Source: Candidatus Multivoradales bacterium (GTDB taxonomy: Bacteria > Acidobacteriota > Thermoanaerobaculia > Multivoradales > J023). Taken from it: a DNA stretch of 64,000 nucleotides. Made by a program: the position numbers and the translations under genes. Numbering within the stretch: the stretch's first letter is position 1; each line of letters opens with the position of its first letter. The notes under the pieces are model-generated. The model was not told the DNA's origin. It searched no databases and saw only the letters and a list, made by a program, of their open reading frames with translations. The stretch spans positions 320,001-384,000 of the forward strand of contig CBDFLE010000005.1 in NCBI GenBank assembly GCA_965248925.1, given 5' to 3'. This document shows positions 22,260-32,528 of this stretch, one piece after another.

Positions 22260-24299
22260 ATACGTACCCCTCTCGCCTCGATAGTAGACGCCAGTCTCGG
22301 AGTTCTTGTAGGCCTGCAAGTTCTCGAGGCAGGGATCCGCGGCCGGGTAGTAGTGAGTCGTGACGACTTTCCTGTCGGCGGCATTTCGGGGGTTGTCTAA
22401 GCTGGGGCCGTTGGGCCCGCCGTCGTGAGTGAAACCAACCTTTGAGGAATGCGCGACGTTTCTCTTGAATTCCAATGTATTCGTAACGACTGCCGGTCTC
22501 GCCTCCTCTCCCTCAACGGCAAGACAGTCCGTCGGATGGTTGCAGATTAGCTCCTTGTGGAACGCCATCCAGAAGCCGGTTCCGTCGGAACCAGCCGCAA
22601 TATTGTCAGTTACATAGTTGTCCGGATTGGAAATCCAGAATGTGGCAGGCCCAGGAAAGCGGGTAGCTGATACGTCCTTGCTCTCACTCTCCAAGAGTTC
22701 TCTTCCTACTGGAACTTTCTTCGAGAGAATTCCGATGTTTTCCTCCAGGCGATTCTTTCGCTCGTTGCCATCCTCGAGGAAGTATCCATGCCCAAAGTGA
22801 TCATAGCACGCATTCCCACTTACAAGCGCGAGATGGGTGCCATGGATCGTCACGCAGCGGTTGTAGGACTCGTGAATACTGGAGTCTTTGATGTACTGCC
22901 CCGTCACGATTCCGTTCTCGTGCCAGTGAAACGGATAACGCCCCAGTTCCGCCATTTGGCCAACTCGGAAGAATTCCACGTCTCTGATGAACCCTGCACT
23001 ATTCGCGCCGGAAATCATCATATGAGCTCCGATCTCCTCAGAAGAAAACATGTCATCATCGGATATAAATCGAATATTTCTCGTTAGATTGACTACTTCT
23101 GCTCGTTCATCGAGTGACCATTCAAGGCCGTTGCCATTTGAAAACGCTTCTGTTTCACCCCAATGCTGATGCGTCAGAGGCGTTGAGACGACGAATCCAA
23201 ATCCGCTGAAGAAGATCGACTCAATTACCCTTTCTTCGGCTTCCCTGGGATCGAAACCCGTCGCCGCGATGACGACGACATCGCCGACTTCCCAGCCGTA
23301 GATCGATTCGCTCACGTGGATCGTCTTGGTGTCCTTCGCCGTTCTTGATAACTTGGCCACACCGCTCTTCCCCGGTTTACCGATCAGCCGAATTGTGCCG
23401 CCATTCAGGGCAACAAACTCCTTCCCAGGCCTGTCCGAAAATGGATTCAGCGGCCTATTGCCCACCATTGTGAAGCTGATAGTTCCAGTAAACGGCACCA
23501 TCTCAGTGCCACACTCCACCATTGCGCCAGGGCCGTCAACCAAAATACTGTTCACGGCTACTGCATAGTCCTCATTGTAAGGACAAGACAACTTGCCATT
23601 GACAGTCAAGATGCCACGACTGAGGTCTTCGTCTATCCTGACCTCTAGTTGTTCGGGTATAACGAGGTCGACAGAAGCATCGTTCTCGTTCAAATATGAC
23701 AGGTCGACACAAGAGGGCACTTCAAAGAGGCCGGAGCGATTGATTAGAGGGTGCGGGCCTGGGTTCGAGATACCATGTATGTAGATCTTTCGCCCAGCGT
23801 GCTGTCTCACCTGACCATAGGTAAGCGGTATTCGAAAGCGGTGGCTGGCACCGGTGCTTTCACATTGCTCTCCGACAGCCGGCTCGGAGGTGACATCCGC
23901 CCTTGCTGCGACGAGGAACTCGCCATTTTGCCCGAAGCCTGCATCGAGATAGACATGAACATCGATGGGATCGGACTGGCCAATCTGGCATGCCCAACCA
24001 CGGACATAGTAGGTATTCTCCTGGAGAACGAGGTTATCTATGCGACCTATGACTCCGGTAGGAGGCAAAGGAGCTGTCGGGAGGGCGCTGCCTATGGTGG
24101 CTTGGCAGGCAAGGGCAACTGCCGCACAGATTCTCAGGCTGTTCAAATTGGAACTCCTAGTTGTTTCGGTTTTCGATTTTGGCGAAGAAATCCAAATTGG
24201 CGAGGCGTCGCGGATGCCGAATGCCATGGAGGTCGATGGCGATCCTTATAACGATACACTATCATGGTTGGAAGCAACCCGAAGAACCGCGATCAGAGG

Positions 24300-25873
24300 T
24301 GCCGATGGCTGTCATATCCTTGGCAGTGTGAACAAAGACCGCCTTCCAGGTCGAGTTGAAGGGCATTCCGTAGGATGCTTCCGCGTCGCTGAAGAGAACC
24401 GACTGCCGCTGCTTATCATCGAGGTTCACCTGGCGATAGAGCTGGGTGAGTTAGAGCACCACCTGCGTCCCTACTACCGGCGAGAGTCTCCAGCCAGTCT
24501 CCCACGGTTTTGCATCCATGCTCAGCAATAGAGTGCCGGCGGCTGCTTGCTGAGCGCTGAGCAAGGCTTGGCCAAACTGCGGGATGTTGTCGGTGTGGCC
24601 CCAGCCTGTGATGCCACAGAGGAGTGTCGGTGGCGAATCGCCATTTGAACACCACCGCAATGTTGCGCATTAGGTCGATGCCATCGATCTCGATGACGAA
24701 CCCCGAGTCCAGCTCTGGGCGGTAGGTTGCGGGTCGGCGCTGCGATATCGGTCTTGATACGCCCATCGTAGGTGGGACCGGAGCTGTTGCTAGGGTGAAT
24801 GTAACCGTTCACCTGAGTGTTGCCGACGATCAACGCATTCTCGGCGTTGTTCTTGATCGAGAAGTAGCCCAAGTCGAGGCCACTGTTGCCACCGGCAGCG
24901 ACGTGTGCGTGAAACCTTTCAATCGTCAGGTCGCCGACAATCGCCGCGTCCCAGTCGGTATTCGTCGGATTCGATGTGTGGACGTATGAATGGCTGCTCA
25001 CATGCGGCCTGGCGCCAACCTTTTGGTAGCAATCGTAGGTGGCTTCGGGGGCGATCCCGCGAAAGGCCAGAGGCTGCCCGCTATTCCTGGCACTTTGCCA
25101 ACCGTTGCCCAGCATGATGCCGGCGGCCATCTGGGCATGCAGCAGATAGAACGCCGGTGCGGTGGTATCGATGCACTGCTGCGGCGCCAGCGGTGTCCAG
25201 CGGGGCAGCGTAGGATTGCCTGCAAGATCATGTTCATAGAAATCCTCATGGCCGGACCCGGTGCCGATCCTCTCTCTGTTGGCCATGCGAATGCCTGCGC
25301 CAGTTAGCACCTCGCCGTTGGCTCCGAGTACCTGATCAGCATCGACGACAGCTCGGATGCCGTCCATCAGCAGCTCTTCGTGCCACGCTCCGGGGACGAT
25401 TGCCAGCACATTTGCAAAAGCCGAGATCTTGGCGATGTCGCTCGGCTCGGTGACCAGGGTCAAGCTCCTGCCGCCACTGTTGTCGACGAAAGTTCTGCCT
25501 CGGTGGTGAAACAGCTGGCGTGGCGATTGCCGAGGTAGCTGGCATGGCTCACCCCGCGGGCAGACCAGTGCCGCCACTGCGCGGCGGTGGGGAAGCTGGC
25601 AAAGCTGGCGATGACCAGGACGGGATGCTCAGCTGACCCGGCTCGGTCGGCAAGATCCGCCGCCAGGCCACGGCCGGGCTCTATCGACCTTCGCAGCAGG
25701 TGGACGCCGGGGAAGCTCCTGCGGCTCACCGTGTCGTCCTGCTCGGCGAAGATCTGCTGTAGATGATCCGGAGCATTCTCTTTGCTGCGCGTTTGCGCGA
25801 GGGGTGCGGAGTAGGCACTGCTGGCTAGGGCGAGCAGGATGAGCGGGCTGATGAATCTCGTGGATTGACGCAA
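24300..25873 (-). pseudogene. Degraded secreted S8 (subtilisin-like) peptidase
   Basis: Signal peptide from 25873; fragments in several frames: HAQMAAGI..GNG, FRGIAPEA, AAGGNSG, SSGPTYDGRIKTDIAAP and, after a TAA, MPFNSTWKAVFVHTAKD; the catalytic GTSMA region is eroded. Confidence 0.75.
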
Positions 25874-26106
25874 CGGCGTGGACTCCTTCCGTGGACGGCA
25901 AGTGAGGAAGCGGCCAGGTGGATCCTGGATCGGCCCAGCCAGCTCGCGGGCGGTTCAGCGCAGAGCTGCTGCCGTGTTCAGCGCGGCGGTGCTCTCGGCT
26001 CAAGACGCGCAAGCGGGCCCGCGAACATGCCAGGTCAAGAGAGGTTTTCTGGTCGACCGATCAGGCCTGGGGTCTTTAACAGCCCTGGCCGCGGCCGCCG
26101 CGGCGC

Positions 26107-28491
26107 CTAGATGGCTAGGGCCTGCAGGCGTTGCCAGCGCTCGGCGGCCCGCTGATGGGCCTTGGGGACTTGCTGGCGCAGCGGCACCAGGCCGGCCAGG
26201 CTCTGCCGCAGTGGCTCAGCCGCTTCGCTCAGCCGGCCCTGGCAGATCAGGGTTTCGCCGAGCAAGCTCTGGGCGTCAAAATATCGCCAGGGCTTGTCAG
26301 CACGCTGGGTGAGCCTCGCCAGGCTCAGGCGCAGCTCTTCCTCGGCCTCAGCGCAGCGGCCTTTGCTGAGCAGGAACCTGGCCAGCGAGGAGGTCGGTCG
26401 GAGAACAAAGCCGGGTGAGCTCGTCTTGCGGCCGATCTCGGCGGCCTGGCGATAGAGTTCGACAGCGCGCTCCACCTGGCCCTGCTGCTTGGCATTGATC
26501 GCCAGTCCCAGCAGGGGCTTGACCCGCTGGTAGTGGTCCGGTCCGAGGTGCTGCTCATAGAGCTGGTCGGCGAGCTCGAGCTCAGTGACCATGTCCTCGT
26601 GCCGGCCTTGATCCGCGTAGATGCGGGCCAGGTTGTTGTGCAGCATGGCGAGCTTGGGATGGCCGCCCGGGAACTGGCGCTGAAGAGTCTCTTGCGCCTC
26701 GTGATAGAGCATGGCCGCGTCCCCTGGATCGCCGACATGGCTCACCACCTGGGCGTGCTGAAGCAGTGCCTCGATGGCCTCGGCTTCTGCGGGCAGCAAC
26801 TCGGCTTGCGCCAATGCCAGAGCCTCTGAGGATGGGCCAAGCGCGGCCTGGTAGCTCTCCCGCCAGCACTCCAGATTGACCTGATGGTTGAGGCTTTGAA
26901 TCAACAGCCGGGCGCCGGCGGTGGAGTCTTGCCGCAGCACAGCCAAGGCGGCCCGGTTGGCTTGCTCCGCTGCATCGAGATTACCCAGCTCCCGCTGCGC
27001 CGCACCGACCATGTCGAGACTGGCCGCTGCCTCGCGGCTGCGCTCGCCGCGCAGCGCCAGATGCAGATCGAGAGCTTGGCGGGACCAGCGCAGCGACCTC
27101 TCCGGCTCACCCAGCTCGAGGTAGATCTCGCCGAGCACCGCGACCAGAGCAGCGTGGATCCGCGGCTCACCTGCCGGGCCAATGGCCAGATGGCTGGAAC
27201 TCCGATCAAGGGCCTCCTTGAGGGAAACATCTACCCCTTCGGCTATCCAGGGGCCGGCTTGCTCGAAAACACCAAAGAAGAAACGGGCTACTTGCAGCAG
27301 TCCGGCGCGCTCTTGCTCAATGCGGAGGTTGTTGAACCACAGTCCGCCGGAGAGGATCAGTAGAGTGATGAAGGCAGCCAGCGCCGTCGCCGCCGGCCAG
27401 CGATTGCGCCGCAGCAGCTTCAGGGCTCGGTAGGCAGGGCCGCCGCTGCGCGCATCTACGGCTAGCCCGTCGAGGTAGTGGCCCAAGTCCTGGCTGAGGC
27501 TTTCTACCGATGGGTAGCGCCGAGCTGGCTCCAGCTGCAGGGCTTTTCGCACGATGCTGTCCAGGTCACCGCGCAGGGCCCTGGCCCAGGCCGGTCGATC
27601 GGCGGCTCGCTCGCTCAGCAGCTGTTGCTGCTCAGCGCCGCTGGAGGGCAGGGTTCCGCAGAGCAGCTGGTGCAGAATCACCCCGAGGGAGAAAACGTCG
27701 CTGGCCGTCGAGACTGGCTCTCCTCGCAGCTGCTCTGGACTGGCGTAGTGCGGGGTCAGCGGTCGAGCTCGGCTTGCTTTGCAGTCGTCGTCCAGCTGCA
27801 CACTTGGATCGAGGAGGCTGGCAATGCCGAAGTCCAACAGCTTCGGCTGACCATCGTCGCGGACCAGGATATTGCTCGGTTTGAGGTCGCTATGCACGAT
27901 CAGCCGCTGGTGGCAAGCGGAAACCCCCTGGCAGATCCGGCGCAGCAGAGCGACCCGCTCGGTCACCGAGAGGCTGCGCTGCTCACAATACTGATCGAGG
28001 GGCTGCCCTGGAACATACTCGAGAATCAGGTAGGGAAATCCCTCCTCGGTCGTGCCACCGGCGAAGATCCGGGCCACCGCCGGGTGGTCCACCCTGCCCA
28101 GGGCCTGCTGCTCAATTTGAAAGCGGCGTCGCGCCGATTCGCCAAAGGGCCGCCAGCTGAGCACCTTGACGGCTACTTTCCGGTCGAAGATCTGGTCGGC
28201 CTGATGGGCGAGATAGACCGTGCCCATGCCACCTTGGCCAAGGCGAGCGGTGATCCGGCAGGTGCCCAATCGGCGCCCGAGCAGGTCGGGAGCGGCCAGC
28301 ACCTCGCGGGCCAGCCAACCGTCTTCGAGAAAATCTGCCGAGTCCGCATCGGCCCGTAGCCACCGCCCTACCGATCGCTGGGTCTCTTCATCTGCGTCGC
28401 CGCTGGTCAACAGCTCTTGGCGCTGTTCGGGCGGCAGGTCCAGGGCCTGGTCGAAGAGGTTCCAGGCTCGTTGCCAGCGGCTAGAGGTCAT
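26107..28491 (-). CDS. Ser/Thr protein kinase with TM segment and C-terminal TPR region (ECF-associated type)
   Basis: GQGGMG, VAVK, HSDLKPSN, DFG, TPHYASPEQ, GDLDSIVRKAL, TPR-like helices. Confidence 0.95.
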   Translation of the reverse strand: MTSSRWQRAWNLFDQALDLPPEQRQELLTSGDADEETQRSVGRWLRADADSADFLEDGWLAREVLAAPDLLGRRLGTCRITARLGQGGMGTVYLAHQADQIFDRKVAVKVLSWRPFGESARRRFQIEQQALGRVDHPAVARIFAGGTTEEGFPYLILEYVPGQPLDQYCEQRSLSVTERVALLRRICQGVSACHQRLIVHSDLKPSNILVRDDGQPKLLDFGIASLLDPSVQLDDDCKASRARPLTPHYASPEQLRGEPVSTASDVFSLGVILHQLLCGTLPSSGAEQQQLLSERAADRPAWARALRGDLDSIVRKALQLEPARRYPSVESLSQDLGHYLDGLAVDARSGGPAYRALKLLRRNRWPAATALAAFITLLILSGGLWFNNLRIEQERAGLLQVARFFFGVFEQAGPWIAEGVDVSLKEALDRSSSHLAIGPAGEPRIHAALVAVLGEIYLELGEPERSLRWSRQALDLHLALRGERSREAAASLDMVGAAQRELGNLDAAEQANRAALAVLRQDSTAGARLLIQSLNHQVNLECWRESYQAALGPSSEALALAQAELLPAEAEAIEALLQHAQVVSHVGDPGDAAMLYHEAQETLQRQFPGGHPKLAMLHNNLARIYADQGRHEDMVTELELADQLYEQHLGPDHYQRVKPLLGLAINAKQQGQVERAVELYRQAAEIGRKTSSPGFVLRPTSSLARFLLSKGRCAEAEEELRLSLARLTQRADKPWRYFDAQSLLGETLICQGRLSEAAEPLRQSLAGLVPLRQQVPKAHQRAAERWQRLQALAI

Positions 28492-29077
28492 CGTCGGCGC
28501 CCTCCGCGATGCGGGCGAAGAGCCAGGCCTTGGCCCGCCGCCACGACCGCGCCACGGTGCGCAGCGAGACGCCGAGGCTCGCCGCAGCCTCTTGCTGGGT
28601 CAGCCCCGCGAACACCCGCAGCAGGACGACTTGGCCGAGCAGTGAATCCTGCTGCTCGAGCTCTTCGAGAGCGCGGTGCAAGTCGAGCAGGTCGGGGGTG
28701 CCGCGGACCGCGGTGGTGAGCCCTTCTGAGGCACCCACCAGCACCTGCTGGCCGCCCCGCTTCAGGCTGCTGCTGCGACGGGCGTGGTCGACCAGGATGC
28801 GGCGCATGATGCGGGCCGAGATGCTGAAGAAGTGGGCACGGTCCTGCCAGCGTACTCGCCGCTGGTCGACCAGCCGTAAGAATGCTTCATGCACCAGATC
28901 CCGGGTCTCGAGGGTCAGCCCCCTCTTCTCCCCGCGCAGCCGGTTCGCCGCCATCTGGCTGAGCTGAGTGTAGACCCGCTCGAAGAGCTGCTCCCTGGCG
29001 CTGGCGTCACCATCACTCCAGGCGCGCAGATAGCGGGTGATCGTGCTCTGTGCTCCGTCCGCAACCTCGTGCTTCAC
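28481..29077 (-). CDS. ECF RNA polymerase sigma factor, kinase-associated (ECF43-like)
   Basis: ITRYLRAWSDGD..AREQL, LVHEAFLRL, WQDRAHFF..SARIMRRILVDHAR, VSLRTVARSWRRAKAWL; overlaps the kinase start. Confidence 0.93.
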   Translation of the reverse strand: MKHEVADGAQSTITRYLRAWSDGDASAREQLFERVYTQLSQMAANRLRGEKRGLTLETRDLVHEAFLRLVDQRRVRWQDRAHFFSISARIMRRILVDHARRSSSLKRGGQQVLVGASEGLTTAVRGTPDLLDLHRALEELEQQDSLLGQVVLLRVFAGLTQQEAAASLGVSLRTVARSWRRAKAWLFARIAEGADDDL

Positions 29078-29266
29078 GCTGCCATCCGCTCTCTAGACCG
29101 CTGCCTGTATTTAGTTGAAAACGCACACCGTAGAAGAGGAGAATAGCAGCGGGCAGGTAACTTTGCGGCCACTGGTTGGCACGATTCTCGGCGCCCTTGC
29201 GCGTCGAGAAGCAGAAACTCGCTAGCCGAGAGTGGGGAGAAGTGTCGAATCGACAAGGAGAGACTG

Positions 29267-29551
29267 GTGAATAAATGGAGCATTGGGATTCTCGTGCTGG
29301 TGGTCGGTCTGGGCTCCTCAGCGCTACCCGCGGGTGATTCGCAGGCCATCGGACTGCTCTACAACGAGCCATCCGGCTATTGGGCGAATCCGACCCTCAG
29401 CGACCTGTGTCTGGACACCGAGCGCTGTGTCGAGTGGCATGACGACGGGCCCGGCGGCAGACCGCGGATACTGTGCTGTGTGGAAGTGGCGAGGATCCCC
29501 TACAACCTGCTGAAAGACTGCCGGCAACGTTTCGTGTGGTATCCACGGTAG
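29267..29551 (+). CDS. Small secreted Cys-containing hypothetical protein
   Basis: AAGGAG RBS, GTG start, signal peptide, five Cys. Confidence 0.55.
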   Translation: MNKWSIGILVLVVGLGSSALPAGDSQAIGLLYNEPSGYWANPTLSDLCLDTERCVEWHDDGPGGRPRILCCVEVARIPYNLLKDCRQRFVWYPR

Positions 29552-29634
29552 GGCGCTGAAGGCCTGTCCAGCAGGCGGCGGCCGCTGTCCGAAGCGCCGC
29601 CGCGGGAGTACGGCGAGAGCCCTGCCGGGGGCTC

Positions 29635-30867
29635 TTAGCCGCGCAGGTTCTTGAGGATCTCGAGGCCGCCGATCCAGGTGCCGATCAAGCTACCGATGCC
29701 GGGTAGGGTGAACGCCAGGAAGACCTTCAGCAAGCGATTCTGCCACCAGCGGGACAGCACCCCAACATCGTCGGCGACGTTCTGGATTTCCAGGACCGTC
29801 GGTGGCCGCACCCAGGCCTGGACGAAGGCGCAGACGTAGCCGGCCCCGATCACCGGCGTTAGGCTGGTGATCGGGGCGCCGAAGAAGGCCGCCGCGATGG
29901 TTAGCGGATGGGCCAGGCCGGCGATCGCGCCAATCGACGCCGGGATGGCGTTGGCGAAGAACCAGTAGCTCAGGTTGGCGCCAGCCTCGGCAAACCCTTG
30001 GCGGTAGCCGATGTAGCCAATCGAGCCCAAGATCAGCGCCGGCACCGCCCAGCCAACGATCTTCCACAGCGGTGATATTGGGGGGATGACGTCGAGGGCT
30101 GCGAGATCGCCGCGTTGTTCGGTCTCGAGCGCCCGGCGGATGCCCTCCAAGTGGCCGGCGCCTACCACCGCCACTACCTTGTCGCCGGTAGAATCCAGGA
30201 TCCGCGTTGACAGGTAAGTGTCGCGTTCGTCGATCAGCACCCGCTTGAGTGCCGGCATCTGCTTGCCCAGTTCGCCCATCAACTCGTTGAGCACGTCCTG
30301 CTGCCGCAACTCGGCCATTTGCTCTTCGGTGATATCGGGTTTCTCGAACACCGTCGCTAGCAGAAACGACAGCAGGTAGATTTTGCGCCACAGGGAGGTC
30401 TCGCGGGCCGCTCGCCGCAGGGTCACCCTGACATCGCGATCGCAGAGCTCGACTGGGAGGCCGAGTTCCTCGGCGACTCGGGTTGCCTCCAACAATTCAG
30501 TGCCGGGTTCGACGCCCAATTCCAAACCGAGTCGTTTCTGATAGGAGGACAACAGCAGGTTGACCAGCAGGGTGGAGAGCTGCTTCTTGCGGATCACTTG
30601 CTTGATGTCGAGCTGCTCCCAAGACTTTTTCTTTTTCAGCGACTCGAAGCGCTGCGGGTCGAGTTCTACGCAGATGCAGTCTGGGCGCTCGCTCTCGATC
30701 ACCTCGCGCACTAGATCGACCGACTCGCGGGAGACGTGGGCGGTGCCGATGAGGATGAATTGACGCCCGCCTTGCTCGACCAGCTGTACTTCGCCAGGGT
30801 AGTCGGCGAGGGATCTGGGTGCCGTTTCGTCGGCGCCGTCGGGTGGATTGTCGGGGTCGGTGCTCAT
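29635..30867 (-). CDS. TraB/PrgY/GumN family protein
   Basis: LIGTAHVSRES, CVELD, PGTEL, LCDRD, LIDERD, VVGAGH; C-terminal TM helices. Confidence 0.92.
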   Translation of the reverse strand: MSTDPDNPPDGADETAPRSLADYPGEVQLVEQGGRQFILIGTAHVSRESVDLVREVIESERPDCICVELDPQRFESLKKKKSWEQLDIKQVIRKKQLSTLLVNLLLSSYQKRLGLELGVEPGTELLEATRVAEELGLPVELCDRDVRVTLRRAARETSLWRKIYLLSFLLATVFEKPDITEEQMAELRQQDVLNELMGELGKQMPALKRVLIDERDTYLSTRILDSTGDKVVAVVGAGHLEGIRRALETEQRGDLAALDVIPPISPLWKIVGWAVPALILGSIGYIGYRQGFAEAGANLSYWFFANAIPASIGAIAGLAHPLTIAAAFFGAPITSLTPVIGAGYVCAFVQAWVRPPTVLEIQNVADDVGVLSRWWQNRLLKVFLAFTLPGIGSLIGTWIGGLEILKNLRG

Positions 30868-31694
30868 GGGTTGTCGTCCGGGTTTGAGCGGTGCCCTTGC
30901 CAGTCGTCCATACTGGTGGAGGCGCCGAAAGCATCACTCAAGAAGTCGGCTATGCCGGTGGGCAGGCCATTGCGTAGCAGCGGGGTGATTTTGACGATCC
31001 ACGGCTCCAATAACCAGACCTTACGTTGGCGCACCGCCTCGACGATCTTCGCGGCCAGATTCTGCGGATCGAGCATGGCGGCGGTCTTGGGCGGCTTGGC
31101 GCCAGCGAACATTCCGGTTGCGATGAAGGTCGGGCAGACAGTGGTCACCCCGACGTTCTTGTGGCCACTTTTCTTGAGTTCCAAGCGGATCGACTCCGCC
31201 AAGCCGATGGTCGCCCATTTGCTGGCGGCGTAGGTGGCGCCGTTGGGCAGGCCGACGAAGCCCGAGGCGCTGGCCATGAACACCAGCTGGCCCCACGGTG
31301 CGGCGATCAGATCTGGCAGGAAAGCGTGGGTCATGGCGATCATGCCTTCGACATTGACCCGGAAGGTCGTCCGATGCTTGGCCATCGGCACCGCCAAGAA
31401 AGGGCCGCCGAAAACCACCCCGGCGTTGTTAACCAGCATGTCGATACGGCCGGCCTGGTCGTGCAACTGCTGCCGTGTCTGGCTGATCGAGGCGTCGTCG
31501 GTGACATCGAGCAAATAGGTTCGGCAGCGGCCGCCGGCGGCTTCGATCGACTCACGGGCAGTGCTCAGACCGGCCTCGTCGATGTCGGTCAAGACCACTT
31601 CGGCGCCGGCAGCAGCGAACCGCTCCGCCATCGCTCGACCCATGCCTTGGGCGGCGCCAGTGATCAGAATCCGCTTCAGCCTCAACGATCTCAT
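30864..31694 (-). CDS. Short-chain dehydrogenase/reductase
   Basis: TGAAQGMG, NNAG, YAASK. Confidence 0.95.
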   Translation of the reverse strand: MRSLRLKRILITGAAQGMGRAMAERFAAAGAEVVLTDIDEAGLSTARESIEAAGGRCRTYLLDVTDDASISQTRQQLHDQAGRIDMLVNNAGVVFGGPFLAVPMAKHRTTFRVNVEGMIAMTHAFLPDLIAAPWGQLVFMASASGFVGLPNGATYAASKWATIGLAESIRLELKKSGHKNVGVTTVCPTFIATGMFAGAKPPKTAAMLDPQNLAAKIVEAVRQRKVWLLEPWIVKITPLLRNGLPTGIADFLSDAFGASTSMDDWQGHRSNPDDNP

Positions 31695-31836
31695 CGCTTG
31701 AACCTCATGCTTCGATTGGCCTGGTGCAGTCGGTGGTGCTACTCTGCCACCGGCCGGCGACGTTATGCTACCGGCGTCTACACCGCAAGGCCCACCGTCT
31801 CGTGGATCCCCATAGCTACCATCCGGAGTCAGCCTG

Positions 31837-32445
31837 TTGAGTGATCCCTTTCAGCTGCCGAAGATCGTCCGCCAGGGTGATGAGCCGCAGCCCTTCGCGA
31901 CCCTCGCTCGCGGCCCGGTGGCCGATTTCGGGGTGTTCACTGTCGAGAGCTTGGAGCGGCGTTCGCCGCGCACCGGCAAGACAGGCACCTACCATGTGAT
32001 TCATGCCGCCGAGTGGGCCAACGTGATTGCGCTGACCGTGGATCGCCGGGTTGTGCTGGTCGAGCAGTTTCGCCATGGGGTTGAGCAGGTGACCTTGGAG
32101 ATTCCTGGTGGCATGGTCGAGCCGGGGGAGGATCCAGAGCTGGCGGCGGCGCGAGAGCTGCGAGAGGAAACCGGATACGCCGGTTCCAGGCCGCGTTGGC
32201 TGGGTACCGTGCGACCTAATCCGGCGCTGCAATCAAACGCCTGTAGCAGCTGGTTGATCGAGGATGCCAGAAGGGTGGGCGAGTTGCAGCAAGATCCTGG
32301 GGAGGACCTAACCGTGGTCACCGTGGAGCTGGACGATATTCCAGATCTGCTGCGAAGCGGCCTGATCGATCATTCATTGGTGGTTGCTGCTTTTCATTGG
32401 CTAGAGCTGCGCGGTGGCGATCGCCAGAGCCTGCTAGAATCCTAG
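31837..32445 (+). CDS. NUDIX hydrolase (ADP-ribose pyrophosphatase-like)
   Basis: EQFRHG; Nudix box GGMVEPGEDPELAAARELREETGY. Confidence 0.93.
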   Translation: MSDPFQLPKIVRQGDEPQPFATLARGPVADFGVFTVESLERRSPRTGKTGTYHVIHAAEWANVIALTVDRRVVLVEQFRHGVEQVTLEIPGGMVEPGEDPELAAARELREETGYAGSRPRWLGTVRPNPALQSNACSSWLIEDARRVGELQQDPGEDLTVVTVELDDIPDLLRSGLIDHSLVVAAFHWLELRGGDRQSLLES

Positions 32446-32528
32446 CCACCATCCATCTCGGTTCATCACCCGATCTAGGGGGGTGCCGAACCGGGTCTCG
32501 ACTGCGAGTGAAAAGCGGGACAAAAGAC

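Larger units (their letters stand above)
19952..24227 (-). pseudogene. G8-domain / parallel beta-helix protein (CEMIP/TMEM2/PKHD1-like) split by IS4
   Basis: GRYPFHWH, IHESYNRCVTIHGTH, GHGYFLEDG, ATFWISNPDN motifs; removing IS4 plus one target duplication gives ...YYRGERGTYRDGIFADN... and a 997-aa frame. Confidence 0.88.

Noticed and set aside
29635-30867. TraB as evidence for a conjugative element
   Set aside because: It is the TraB/PrgY/GumN family, commonly chromosomal; no relaxase or T4SS genes are present.
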